The position numbers were made by a program, and so were the translations under genes. Of a stretch of DNA of 64,000 bases, positions 26,772 to 39,985 are shown in pieces. The DNA lies in contig CM022671.1 of NCBI GenBank assembly GCA_012295275.1, positions 18,476,001-18,540,000 of the forward strand, in the 5' to 3' direction. Within the stretch, counting starts at the first letter, position 1. Every line of letters begins with the position of its first letter. Under the pieces are notes generated by a model, which saw nothing but the letters and a program-made list of their open reading frames with translations, was not told where the DNA came from and did no database searches. This DNA is from Chrysomallon squamiferum (Eukaryota; Animalia; Mollusca).

Positions 26772-29569
26772 TAGGTAGCTGTATTTACCCAAAATATTTA
26801 TCATGTTTTATAATTAGAACAGCCACATTCATTGAAATAACAGTGTTATTGCTAGTAACAATCCAGTTGTTAGAATAATTTTTTTTTTATCATTAATTTT
26901 ATTCAAGTTTGTTGTTACCTTTCCAATATGTTAACGATATCAAAAATCTAACAAGCATGAGTTTGGACTGAATAATATTGTGTTTGGATTGTCTTTTTTG
27001 CCAAGATTACAATAGTACTTTTTTTTTTTTTTTTTTGGCCCCTCTCTCCTTTTTTCTGTTTTTTTTTTTTTCCTACTCAAAAATATATCTTTGTATATAT
27101 ACTAACTTAGTTGGGTTTGGCCATTTTTAATTTTAAATATATTTGTTTTAAATTAAACTATTTAGCTATATCTTTTTTTAATTACTCTATAATTGCTTTT
27201 ATATATTTTAATATTAGATTTTAAAAAAAATTTAATATTCAGTACTGAAAAATAATGAAGCATTTTTTTTTATTAGCAATAGTAATATTTCTTGTTTAAC
27301 AAAAAAAAAAAAAATTTGATTAATGTTTTTTTAAAAATTAAAATTTCTTTAAAACCCCGTCATAAACTATTTATTTTTGATATAGGGTTGACTGTGGGTA
27401 CTCCTCGAGCAATAGGGGCAAGTGGTCAGGGCGTAGTTGGTATTACAACAAATAGCACACCTGGTAAGCCACTAATCCAGATGTAGAGTTGACTTTTCAC
27501 AGTAGTGGCTGTGATACATTTTGTAGATGTATTGTCAGAAATGTTTTCCCAAACACTACTTGTCAATATCAAATATTGTCTGAGGTATACGGCTTTGAAT
27601 ATTTTATTTTTTTATTTTTAAAAATAAATTTAATTTTTAATTTTAAAAAAATAAAAAGATTGTGTAAATAATAATAAATTGTTAATAAAATATGATTTCA
27701 CATTTAGTTTTTCCAACAAACTTAAAAAAAATAAATTGAATTACATGAATATGTTAATAGGATTTTATTTTTTAAAATTTTTTTGAGTAATGATTCTTTC
27801 TCATTCTAAAGTAAATTTTGAAATGAAAAAAAATTAAACTTATTAAAAAATAGAAATTTTAAATTAATTTTTTTTTTTTTTAAATTTAAAAGACAAATCT
27901 TTCTGTGTGATATTTAAGAATATCCATTTTTGATGAGAATTCATTTTTTCTTTTTTTTTGATACATGAAACCAGATTAAATTTATAGGTTGTCTCAAAAC
28001 ATTTTAAATACCCATTTTTGCTTGTTTGTTCTGCCAATCATTTTAATATTGTTAACAAATTTCTTTTTTTTTAAATATTTACTGATATATTGGTGATTTC
28101 TAAATATTTACTGATATATTGGTGATTTTTAAAAATGTTTCTGAATAAAAGATAAGTGCCAGTGATTTAAAAATGTTTGATATCGACAATTAAGTTGTAA
28201 AAATGCTTTTCTTGCACATATTGTGTTCCAGTTAGCAGAGTAGTTTTGTTTGTGTTTTTATACCAGGTGTTAGTCTGATTGTCTGTCAGTCTCACTGTTT
28301 GTCATGTTATAATATCAGTCAATATTCACTGTGTTAAATATTAGTTATTAATTACAACAAAAAAAAAAGATTGTATTAATAAACATAAGCATGGTGTGAA
28401 ATGCATTCCCTGTGTTAACTAGACATCTGGGATAAACATTTTGAATGAAACAAGCTCAGAAAAAGAATTTGCAATAATCCATTTATATGTTTTTATATCA
28501 AAGAAATGTTCTAAATTTCTAGCTGTCTGCTATGTAAGGACCATATAATAGTTGTTGGCTAATAACTTATTTTTTTTAAAATTTATTTTATCTGCTAAAA
28601 TGTTTCTTATTTTGCACCCTGCTTATGTACAGATTTGTATATTTATTTGTTCGGGGAGGAAAAAAAAAAATGGTATGTATTTAATTGGGTTCAAACATAT
28701 ATACTTACCTTTTCAATAATTATTTTCTGTGATATTTTTAACTTGCCGTTTATAAAATAATGTGAAGTTTTGAGATGGTTATAACATGACACAAGAGGCT
28801 GTTTTTGAAACATCTCATTGATGGACATGACACTTTGCTCTGTTTTTATGTATTATCTCTTGTAGAGCAACTGTATAATCTTACCTCTAAACCATGAGTG
28901 GCTGTTTGTAAAACTATTTCATCTCAAAACAAAGATATTATTCATTTCCTAATTTAGAGAGGTTATCATTCATTTCTATACATAATCAGGTTAGATTGAG
29001 AAAAAAAACAACAAAGAAATTAGTTGTCTTTGGGTTTTGTTTATCAAGAATTTTGAAGATAAATTATCAGATTAGATTAGCAAAAGGAAAAATTTTTTTT
29101 ATTTATATTTGCTTTTTGTTTTTAAAGAATTTTTAATATAGATTATAATTAATTTGGGTATATAATCAGGTTAGATAAAAGTTCATGAAACCAAATAGTA
29201 ATAATAACAATAATAATAATAATAAACATGTTTTGTAAAAAATGCATCCAGAGGTATATAAATAATCTGTTTTGTTAAAATGGTTGAAATTTGTTTTGAC
29301 TTTAAAAATGATAAACTAATGTAAACAAATAAACCTGGTTCCAAAACACTAACTGAAAAGTAATAATAATAATAATAATATATTGAAAAAACGTATGAGA
29401 TAGTTTTATACACTAGACACATGGTTTGTTTGCAAGACTTGTTTTTTTTTTTTCTAGTTTTTCTCTGTGTCTTGGCTAATAGCAACAGCTTCTGTGTACT
29501 TATATAAATATCAATATATATATATATAAAAATATATATTACATATACTTTTAACATTGTACATTTGTG

Positions 29570-29602
<33 letters not shown>

Positions 29603-29841
29603 CAAAAAAAGAAAAGAAAGAAAGAGGAATTTTTCTTTAACCATAACCATGCAACCGTCTTTTTTTTTTTTTTTTTTTTTTTACCAGTGTTTGTAACATT
29701 ATGTATTTGTTGCCATGGTAACAGATTATGGCTCCCTGGATTCCCTGCATGTCGACACAGTCACACTGTACACATTTCGTACACCACTGCCTGCTTTGTA
29801 GTTGTAGTAAAAACTCGTAGAAAATTTGCATGGTAATAATG

Positions 29842-29884
<43 letters not shown>

Positions 29885-32800
29885 CTGCTCGAATGATGAT
29901 AATTAATCTTGGTTCTAAATAGAGTAGATTCGTGTTCATAGTCTATAGTTCAGTTCTCTCTTTTTTTTTTTTTTTTTCAAATTTTAATATTCGGATTTGG
30001 ATTCTGATCGTCAGAAATACCCCCCCAAATTTTTGGAAATGATATATATATATATAAAAAATAAAAAATTTCTTCCGTATCATAGCAACACAAGTAGATA
30101 GTTGTAGTGTGCCGTGTGATCGTGACATAAAGGGAGACAACCAGGGAAGCCAAAAAATGTGTACACATTATTTACTTTTGATAGAAGATACATATTTTTT
30201 TATACGTATATATATATATAAATATATATACATTCATCTTATACATAGGCCTAAATTAAATTATTTTTTGGCCTGATTGAAAAAATGATATATCACAACA
30301 CTGAGTGAGTAAAAAATTCTAAAAGACTCTTTTTGTCGTGATAGGAGGCTTCCCTGGTTATGGCTTCCTGCCAGTCCCTGGCTCCGCGGGGGACAGGACA
30401 GCATCACCTGCGATTTACGCTGATTTCAGCGGTGCCGCACAAAGTCAGGTTGCCACGGCGGTGCAGAGGAGCGAGCACTCCCCACTTCCCATCAGCAGCT
30501 CTCCGCTGCACAGAGACCCTCTGCAGAGAAACACCGGACTTGGTGGGTACACACAGCTAAGTTAGTACATTTTATATCTACGTCGGGTAATACCGTAGTT
30601 AGCACATGGCTTGCTGGGCAGTAACGCAGTTTATCAATAGGAAAAATTTTAAATTTATATATAACATTTCTTAGGGACATAAATATTAAAATTAAAATTT
30701 ATATAAAACATTTATAAAAAATATCATTTCTTAGGGATATAATAATTAAAATTAAAATTTATATATATATCATTTCTTAGGGATGTGAATGTGAAAATTA
30801 GTATTTATACACGACTTACTGGGTAGTACCATAGTTATTGAATATGTAAAATTAAAATCTTGTTTAAAACTGGGCAGTAGCACAGTTAATGGACATGAAA
30901 ATTAAAATTTAATAAAAAGGCACTGGGTAATAACATGAATGTTGAAGAATAAAATTTATATATGGCCTTTTTGACTTACTAATAAATATAAAAAATTAAA
31001 GTTCATATACGGTGTAAAAATATGAAAATTAAAATATATATGGTTTTTTGGATTTATATGTGGTCTTTAAGTTTATATAGGGCAGATAAATTTGAAAATT
31101 AAAATTTATATAAGCCTTAATGGGTAATATCACAGTTATTGATTATGAAAATTAACATTTTATATATTACATTTGCTAGCATCATAAATATGAAAATTAA
31201 AATTTGTATATGACATACAGGGCAATAACACAGTTACTGGATATGAAAATTAAATTTTTTATATGAATTATTGCTAATATAATTATAAAATATGAAAATT
31301 AAAATAGATACATGACTTACTTTCATATTTAATATAAAATTGAAGTACATTTATGAGGTTATATGCTCATGAAATGTCAAAATAATTACATCTTTATGGC
31401 TTACCGCTTAATAACAGAATTATTATATAAACCAAGTGAGTATATGAATTATATTAACATGATTAATATCAGCACTAAAACTAGTGTATTACTTGACTGT
31501 ATATCTGTCTATCTATCTAAACACACACAATATAAATTATATTAGAACAATGGAAGAGCCGAAATCTGTGACAATTATTACTAGTAAAAAACTTTTATTG
31601 CAAAATAAGCAGCTTTCTGGGTAATAACCGAATTGTGTATAAGAATCAAAATTAATATAAAACTAAGCTCTGAGTAATAAATGTTTTGGAAAAGAATCGG
31701 AATCAGTGTATATGTTAACTACATGAGTGGGTGGGTGATAACAGATTTATTTATTTCTTATTTTATTTTATTTTTTAAATCTCAGAATACAAGATTTACA
31801 AGTTTAAAAAAGAAAAATTAATTTAAAAATCAACATAAATATATCTGACCTATATGAATATATATATATATATAATTTATTACATGGCTTATGGGGTCCT
31901 AAGAGAATTTATTTATATGATAATTAAATGATAACGCATATGAATAAAAACTAAACAATTCATTGCATTATATAATTACTTCATATTTATTCTGGGATAA
32001 AAACAGAATTATTTTATGTGATAATTAAAATTAGTGGCTTGATTTCCGAATAATTATAAGAAATAAAAGAAACAAATTATTCCATTATGTAATTATTTCC
32101 TTTTTAATTTGCTATTATAATATAATTATTTTTATGTTATAACTGAAGTTATGACTTGTGCAAGTTATGGATAATAATAATAAAATTATTATCATAATTA
32201 AACTATAGGGGTTACAGAGTAAGATCATTGGAAAGAATTTCAAAAACATGTAAGACACAAGTTTGTTTTATTAACTGTTACACACTTCAGAAAACAAAAT
32301 GGTGGTGACACAGTGCAAATTGGGATAGCTAATGCAAATCCATGATTTATTAGAAATTTACTCTAAAGATCACTAATTTTAAAGTAAAATCATGTCATAA
32401 AATATTATGAGTTAAAATTAAAAGTATTAAAAAGAATGTAGAGAAATATTATCTTGTAATTTAATAATAATATAAAAAAAAAAAAAAAACCCAGAAAATA
32501 AGTTGATCCTAAAAGTTGATACTGTTTAGTTTTTAATACTAATACTAATACTAATAAAATTAACAAAATAATAATAATAATAATAATAAACAAATATAAA
32601 AATATTCTAAATAAAGATATGAAGTTGATTATTGTGAAAAAAATAAATGCTATATATATTTCTTAATATTTGGAACCATATTGTAACATTGACATTTTCT
32701 AACATTACTAATAAACACATAAATAAAAAAAAAAACATTTTTTTATATCTTTTATTTTTTAAAACCGTAATTATTTATTAATATTTGCACTCTTTTTTAT

Positions 32801-35218
32801 TAAAAATTAAAACTCTCTCACTCTTTTCTAGTTCTAAAACTCATCAGACATGCACGTCAACTATTATTAAAAAATAAATTTCCTTTTTTTAATAATTTCC
32901 CCTGCACCCACTGAAACATAACACATTAAAAAACCTTAAGCCATGCACAAAGATAGCCCAAAGTCAATTTTCTCATTCCTTTTTCAAAAAGTAATTTTAA
33001 AAATATGCACAGACTAATTTCCACTGTCTCTCAGTTTCAGACTTCATATATTAAACATTGGTTCTATTGACTTTGGCAGTAAGCTGCTCTCTTCTTGCTG
33101 TTTACATTATAAAAATTTAATGGAATTTTTTCACTTTCTGTGGTGAACATCCATGTTTTAATTATGTTCCCAACTGGAATGCAAAGATTACATTTTTTAA
33201 TTTTATTTTTTTTAAATTTTGAAAATAGAAAAAAAAAAATAATAATAATAATAAAGAAATGAAAGAAATAATAAGAAAAGAAAGAAAAAAAATAATAGTA
33301 ATAAAGCGATAAAAAAAAAAATAAAGAAGAAAAAAAAATAAGTAAAAAAAGAACAAAAAACATTGAGTTGTTGGTAAATTTTTGGTGTAGAGTAACATTT
33401 TGAGATTGAAATGTTTAAAATTATAGCAATGATAATAATAATAATATAAATGATCTAATACAATTTACCAGTTGAAAATTAAGATAAGATTTTATTAAAA
33501 AAAAAAATTTTACACTGTTTTTCAAAGTAAATTAATAGACAATAATGTATGTATACAAATTAAATATATATTCATACTCATACTGAACAATGCAGTAAGG
33601 AAAGCCTGTCAAAATTTTAATAAAAGGATTAATTTATTAACTTATTTAATAACAGTAATAATAAATAAATAATAATAATAATAATGATTATATTAATAAT
33701 GATAATAAGTCAAGAAAAATAACATCTGAGCGATCTCTCATTTTTTCTTTTCTGTTTTTTTTTTTTTTTTTTTTTTTTTGCAATATCATGACTAGTATAT
33801 GAACCATCACACATTTTGCCAGCTATATCTTAATGATCTTGGATTTTGCCAGCTCAGTAGATGAACCATCTCACATATTGCCATTAATATTTCATGAACC
33901 ATCTCACTGTCTGCTATTCATAATGCAATGTAGCTTACTGCTGGATGAATAATAACATTCAACCATCTCTCATTTTATCAGCTGCATACTAACATATGAA
34001 CCATTTCACATTTTGATGCTTGTACAACAAATGTTTGAACCATCTCACTGTCTGCTATATATAATTCAATATGGCTTATTGCTGTAATTTTAACTCGTTA
34101 TATTATTTATTTTACCTAAAGTTTATCCAAAAACATAAACCTTCTCTGCATAATTTGGCTTTTTAAAAATGCTAAAATGATGGCATTTTCTGGCATCTTG
34201 GTTCACCATATAGAGCCTTTGCCATATTACACTGACACCAGCTTGATATATCCAATAACAAGTCAGAGTATGAAAACATCATACTCAGAAACAATAAAGA
34301 ACTTGAGTTCCTAGATTAGTAAATAAAGTCTTGAAAGTGAGTCTAGAGGAGTTAGTTTGTAAAGAAAAAGGAGGGGGCTACTGAATGAGAACACAATTGT
34401 ACTTGTTTGAAAATTAATGTGGACATAACATATAAACTGTTTATTCATCAAACTGATAATTTACTATTCCAAAGATTTTTTGGTTTAATGTCTTTCTTGA
34501 AGAGACAAATATTCATTATATCATGATGTTCATGAGTGGAAAAAATAACATACATTATGTGAAACATTATTGTTAGTGTTATTATTATATAATAATTTTC
34601 ACACAGATTTGACATAAATGATTTTATTGGTTTTTAAAAGAAAGATGGTAGATTTAATTAATATAAAATTTAAGGCTGGTAGAAAAAACCTGCAGCTGCT
34701 GAATGGTCTCTAATTTTACTTTGTACACCTCAGTAGTTTTCATCAGTACTGAGTGTGGATGTCTTCTTAATTGAAATATACTGTTGTATTGGTTTCAAAA
34801 GCATTATGTGCCATCCTTACTGTTGAAAAATTATTAAAAGCATCAAAATGTGGAGCTTCTGATTTACTGTAATTTAACTTGATAATTCATGGTTAAAGGT
34901 TAAAACTCTATGGTAAGTCCTGTCCTGTCTGAAAATAAAGACAAATGATTTAATGTGTATGGTTATTTATTATTTTATAAAATGTTTGGGTTTTTAAAAA
35001 AAAAAATTATCAAGTAAAATCTGTTGTTTTTCTGTTGAATTACAGAAGTTATATGTATTTTGTTTATCTGTTTCTTAAGGTGTGTTAATAATAATACAAA
35101 CATTTATTTGACATGTTATTTATTTTCCTGATGTTTTATTTCAGTGTCGCTGAGTTCCCCAATGGATATTCAGCAAAACCACTTGGACTTATCTGGTTAG
35201 TTCCATCTATTATTATTA

Positions 35219-35274
<56 letters not shown>

Positions 35275-37465
35275 TTAATATATATATATATATATATATA
35301 TATTTTTAAATGTTACTTTTATTTTATCTTTTTTTTTTTTTTTTGATATTATACTGGAATTCCATAAAGAATATTAATAATTTTACACTTAAATACTTTC
35401 CACTGTAATAAAGAAAATAAAAACTATATCTGTACGTAAGCAATAAAGTAATGTTAAAGTTTATCAGACTTGTATTTCAGTATCCATTATCTCAAGATAT
35501 ATTAAATAATTCATGTTTAATTTCAGTAATATGTGTTCCTACAGTTTTGTCAATATCTTAAGCTTGACATTAATATTAATGTTTAACATATATGATCATA
35601 TATGTTTAATAGACTTTAATGTATGTTTCTTCAGTATTCCATATTTTAGGTTTATCATGAAAAATAAATAATGAAGTTTATTGTGCATAATAAATGTTAA
35701 AATTTATTTTTGCACAGTAAATATTAAAATGTTATTCAAATCTATATATCACACACACATCTATATATCTATCTATCTATCTTCTTATCTATCTATCTAT
35801 CTATCTATCTATATATATATATATATATGTTTGTGTGTGGTATATATTTATATATGTATATATGTATGTATATATGTGTGAGTGTGTGTGTATGTATATA
35901 TATATATGTATGTATGTATACATGTGTGTGTGTGTATATATATATATATAATATATATGTTTATATGAGTGTGTGTGTGTATGTTTGTATGTATGTATGT
36001 TACTAGCTGCAGCAGCTGCCATGATCAACAACTTTGGACAAGCAGCATTTCCGACAGTGACATCGCCAAATGGGGGCCGGGCTTTCCCACCCGCCAACAG
36101 TCCTGGCCCACTTGATCTCTACTCAGGACAAGAAGCTCTGAGCTACGTGCAGGCCACAAGTCCACAGCCATCGGCTTTTGCTGTCAGCAGGGTACGTTTT
36201 TAACACAGTCTATATACGTCGTTTCGTTAGTCTGTTGTATTTTTGTATTAATAATGTTGGTTTTCTTTGTCATTTTGTTTTTTGGAGGGAGAAGGTGGGT
36301 GTTTTTTTTTTTTTTTTTAAATAAATATTAAAATTTTCTGTAGCTGGTTATTTATTTGTAATGTGACTGAAGTTAAAGAGAAAAAGAGTATATTTTCTAA
36401 ACAAAATAGCTATAAAAATAATAATGCTTTTTGTCTAAATAATTGTTCTAAGAGAATTATTAATATAAATTTTTATGCATTTCCCTCCAACAGTAATCAC
36501 AAAATGATTTAATAATTTTTAAACACTGAGAAAAGAGAATGTAATTTTATCTTCGTTGTGGTCTTATGGGTTTTTTAATCAGTGATGTGCTTTATGCTGT
36601 TGTTAGCTTGGGTGCAGTGTGGTCAGTAAAGGTGTTTTTAGGTGGTTTGTGGATAATTTTTAATTGTCATTTTATTGGAGGTGGTTTACAAACATCTGAA
36701 TGGACATACACAACTTAAAATCATGAAAACATACTTGTAGAGACACGAGCCATAGCCTAAATTCATTTTGTATATTACCAAAATATATATAGTTTTATTA
36801 GATACCACCAACCTTCCCTAATAACAAAGGAAAATGCATAGAAGAGTATTTTTTTTTTAATTATTTCATATAGAGAACCACAAAAATTATTAACTAACTG
36901 ATGCAAACTAATTAACAAAGTTTTAAATCAGTCTTTCTGTTTTCATTTTTAAAATGAAGTTATAGCTTAAAGGAGCCTCCATGTTCTCTATTTAAATTTT
37001 TTAGTTTCTTGTTTTACTTCATTTATTATTAGCAAAGGTTGGTATCAATGATAATAATTTCTCAGAAATAAACGAAAAATATTTAGGTTGTGCATTTCAG
37101 CCATAAGTGCACATTAACCAAGTTTGCACACAAATTACAATCATTTTGTTAAATTGTTACTTACACATTTGTATGATAATGTAGCCTTCTTTGAACATTT
37201 GTACTGTATGATATATTTTATCAAGAAACCTAATTTTGTGTAAAACATTACAGAGTGTATTTTTTAATTGTCACCTATTATTTAGCTACAAACATATCAT
37301 TAATAACTACAGTAGTAACAGCGATAGTCATAAGTTAAAAATTGTATATGTAAAAACAAAGTGGAGATAATCTCTATGTTATTAATATTTGAATTACCTC
37401 CCTTGGTTGTTGTCCCACAGGGTCCCCAACTGATAGCAACAAGCTTCCAAAATGGCTACCATTGA
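12361..37465 (+). CDS. msi: Musashi-family RNA-binding protein gene, 3' portion (multi-exon; RRM1 and start of RRM2 lie upstream of the window)
   Basis: Spliced translation gives [40 protein letters not shown] (Musashi RRM2 signature), later ANSPGP and TSPQP motifs, and the terminal [14 protein letters not shown], which resembles the vertebrate MSI C-terminus GPLIATAFTNGYH. All introns are GT-AG with consistent phases. Confidence 0.95.
14148..14232 (+). CDS. msi: Musashi exon, end of RRM2: [28 protein letters not shown](G)
   Basis: Acceptor atttcag, donor gtcagt; 85 nt, phase 0 to 1; [12 protein letters not shown] is diagnostic of Musashi. Confidence 0.96.
14318..14331. promoter_or_regulatory. 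RFX X-box motif GTTTCCATGGCAAC
   Basis: Matches the palindromic RFX consensus GTTGCCATGGCAAC with one change. Confidence 0.55.
15305..15364 (+). CDS. msi: Candidate 60-nt symmetric cassette exon: (V)[19 protein letters not shown]
   Basis: Pyrimidine tract plus ttcag acceptor, consensus gtaagt donor, length 3n, open in the incoming phase-1 frame, purine/GC-rich compared with the flanks. Confidence 0.7.
15381..15689 (+). promoter_or_regulatory. Intronic splicing-regulatory cluster (hairpin, 3 x TGCATG, 3 x CTAAC) downstream of the 60-nt exon
   Basis: Hairpin 15381-15418; TGCATG at 15504, 15562 and 15651; ACTAAC at 15676 and 15684; GCTAAC at 15669. Confidence 0.55.
16962..16975. promoter_or_regulatory. 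RFX X-box motif GTTGCCATGGAAAC
   Basis: One change from the RFX consensus palindrome. Confidence 0.55.
20227..20316 (+). CDS. msi: Musashi exon: (G)[29 protein letters not shown](G)
   Basis: Acceptor ttttcaacag, donor gtatgg; 90 nt, phase 1-1; resembles the G/Y/F/P-rich post-RRM segment of MSI proteins. Confidence 0.9.
21293..21331 (+). CDS. Weak candidate 39/36-nt cassette exon: (A)[12 protein letters not shown]
   Basis: Tandem CAGCAG acceptor, donor ag|gtatag, 3n length, open in the phase-1 frame; splice signals are modest. Confidence 0.35.
23921..23988. repeat. 3 x 22-bp tandem repeat
   Basis: catactttt(g/t)aaaactttattt repeated three times. Confidence 0.85.
27386..27463 (+). CDS. msi: Candidate 78-nt symmetric exon: (G)[25 protein letters not shown]
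   Basis: Acceptor tttttgatatag, strong donor g|gtaagc, 3n length, open frame, GC island in very AT-rich intron. Confidence 0.72.
29709..29722. promoter_or_regulatory. RFX X-box motif GTTGCCATGGTAAC
   Basis: One change from the RFX consensus palindrome. Confidence 0.55.
30345..30560 (+). CDS. msi: Musashi exon: (G)[71 protein letters not shown]
   Basis: Acceptor gatag (NAGNAG tag/gag), donor gttagt; 216 nt, phase 1-1; high GC; FPGYG motif typical of Musashi. Confidence 0.88.
   Translation, partial: EASLVMASCQSLAPRGTGQHHLRFTLISAVPHKVRLPRRCRGASTPHFPSAALRCTETLCRETPDLVGTHS
30575..31320. repeat. Degenerate ~55-60-bp tandem repeat starting just after an exon donor
   Basis: Recurring gaaaattaaaatttatat and gggtaata.ca(c/t)agtta blocks. 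Confidence 0.7.
33795..34085. repeat. Degenerate tandem repeat with gaaccatctcac core
   Basis: Core recurs about six times. Confidence 0.65.
35145..35195 (+). CDS. msi: Candidate 51-nt symmetric exon: (M)[16 protein letters not shown]
   Basis: Acceptor ttttatttcag, donor g|gttagt, 3n length, open in the phase-1 frame. Confidence 0.65.
36007..36191 (+). CDS. msi: Musashi exon: (A)[61 protein letters not shown]
   Basis: ANSPGP..LY and SYV.ATSPQP match the conserved MSI C-terminal SP motifs; acceptor ctag (in-frame alternatives at +6 and +9), donor gtacgt; phase 1 to 0. Confidence 0.93.
37421..37465 (+). CDS. msi: Musashi last coding exon: [14 protein letters not shown] (exon continues non-coding to 37484)
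   Basis: Acceptor tcccacag, TGA at 37463-37465, donor aag|gtacag at 37485. Confidence 0.95.
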   Translation, partial: GPQLIATSFQNGYH

Positions 37466-37801
37466 GATCACGTCCTCGAACAAGGTACAGACCCAGACTG
37501 TTCTAGATAGATCTGTGTACAGCTTAGTCATAAAATATTGCCCTAATTCAACAAACTTACTCTTGCTAGATTATTAAAATATGTATATATTATATACATT
37601 GAGCTAACAGGCAATACCTTTAGTCCTAGTGCATGCATGCATGCATCACATGCATGTTTCTATCCTGATCTAATATATCAGGGTTTTTATTTTATTTTGC
37701 TTTAGCTAAATTATTTTTTATGTTTGTATCAGTTCAGTGTATGTGTTCACCTAACACTGTTTTGTGCAATAATGTGATATTTTATATTGCATATTTAGTA
37801 A

Positions 37802-37807
37802 AATAAA
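37802..37807 (+). terminator. Candidate proximal polyadenylation signal within the 3'UTR intron
   Basis: AATAAA followed directly by a GT/T-rich tract (gtttgtatgtttttgtttgtc). Confidence 0.4.
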
Positions 37808-37857
37808 GCTGTTTGTATGTTTTTGTTTGTCTGAAAGTGTGTTTCTAAAGGTCAGTT

Positions 37858-37905
<48 letters not shown>

Positions 37906-39674
37906 CATACATATATATATATATACACACATATAAACTTTGTGTTTTATGTATATGTACATTTAAAAACAGCAGAAGGATGATAAATTTATTTATTTGG
38001 AAATCAGTTAACTATTTCTGGGGTGTAAATATAACTTGTGATCAAGGCTGGGCATCTCTTATCTAGAGTCCCACAGTATCTGAGAGGACATTCAAAGAAA
38101 TATCTTTCTCTTCATGTTCAAAATTTAAAATAAAGAAAGGAAATGTATCATCATATACCAATCGAAAGAATATTTTCCACTTATAACAATCATTTTTCAT
38201 TAAGACATTTTTTACATACAATATTTTATTAGTTTGATCAAGTGTGTACCCTGTTCTGTAGAAACCAGGGTTATTTTCAGTATCATTGTTATACATTAAA
38301 GATATAAATAAACTCTATTGTTTTTTTTTATTTTAAATATATATAACTATGGTCCATAAATATCTATAAGATTCTACATCATTTTGTAATTTCTTCAAGT
38401 GCTATATCTCAAATGTGATATATTTATCATATCTGTTGTTGGTATGTCACAGTACAGGGTTAATGGCATGGTGTAACTGCATGATGATACTTGTGACCTG
38501 CATGTAATGTGTATTGTTTATCCTGCAATCATCTAAGATTTAGTGGCTACCTATTTTTTCATTTCATTATTATCTTTATTTCTTTAATTTCCTTGCACTC
38601 GGTAATATATTGAGATTGAATGGAATTTCATTTTAATAGTTATAATAATATTATACATAATTATATATATATATATATTCAAAATTATATCTATAGTTTC
38701 TGAAAGATTATTTTAACTTTCAAACATAATTGTTATTCATGAAACAAGAAATAAATCATTAGTTATTTGAAAAAATTTTAGTTTTGGAATTTACAAAATT
38801 GGCTATGCCACAAACAACATGTCCTGACAAAAATTGGGAAAGCCCTAAAATTATAATTTGAAAATATTAATTTAATTTAATAGAATTTAATGCTGATTTG
38901 CAGAATAAATTAAATATTTAACATTGTCTTAAAATACTAGGATTTACCCTGCTTATAGCAATTCATACTTGTCACAGCTTTGAAAAATTCAGTATCTTGG
39001 TACTGGTAAAGCTGACGGCACAAAATAACAATTTTTATCTTCTGTTATTATGCTGCTTGTTAAAACTTTAGTTTATATTTTCATTTCATAGATATCAGTT
39101 CCACAAAATAGTATTTTGTACACAAATTATTGATAATTTAATCATTTTTAAATGTTTTTATTTCACTGATCCAAGTTTCAAACCAATAAATTTTGGTATT
39201 AAAATTATTGCTAATTTAAATGTTTTATTTCATGGATCAAATTTTATTTTATTTTTTGTATTCTTCTATACAAATTATTTTTTTTATACTCTTATTTTAC
39301 ATATTCCAATTTCAAAAAATATAATATTTACTACTTATTATTAATTAATAATTTAATATCATTGTCTATTTTGAATGATTACTTTATTTCAAACAAGCTA
39401 ACATAATTTGTTAACATATTTAAAAAATAAATATTTTAATTAGGATTACACTTCAGTATTTTTATGTTATTACAAGATTTCATTTTTATTCACATCTTGT
39501 TCTGTTTTTATGGGGTGTTAGGATGGAGAAGTATAACTTGTTTTTGTTCAGTCATTTTAAAATATTAAGGTCTGATTTCCAAGCTTAGTTTTACTAAACA
39601 GAGCAAAGTTAATAAATTTTGATGAAAATTAGACTGGTTTTGATGTTTTGACATTTTATAATGTAGTCATTTAG

Positions 39675-39985
39675 ATATCACTTTACAGTTCCTATAATAC
39701 AACATTAAAATTCCAGTAATTATATATTACAATTCATGTAATACATCACAATTATTCCTTTAATACAGCATCACATTTCCTATAAAAAAAAAACACACAA
39801 AAAACCCCCCCACCTTTTTCTTACATTAAAATTCCCATAATATAATATCACAATTCTGAAAGTATCAAAATTCCTGTTATACAATAACACAGTTCCTGTA
39901 AAACAGTATCAAAATTCCTGGAATACAACATCACAATTCCTGTAATGCAACATCACAGTTCCTGAAACACAGTTTCACAATTTCT
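39675..39985. repeat. Degenerate ~22-bp tandem repeat
   Basis: Recurring acaacatcacaattcctgtaat, ending ~55 nt before the 3'UTR acceptor. Confidence 0.7.

Noticed and set aside
37463-37484. Stop-codon readthrough of Musashi
   Set aside because: TGA-G is not a leaky context, the conserved C-terminus ends at NGYH, and the extension would be short and featureless.
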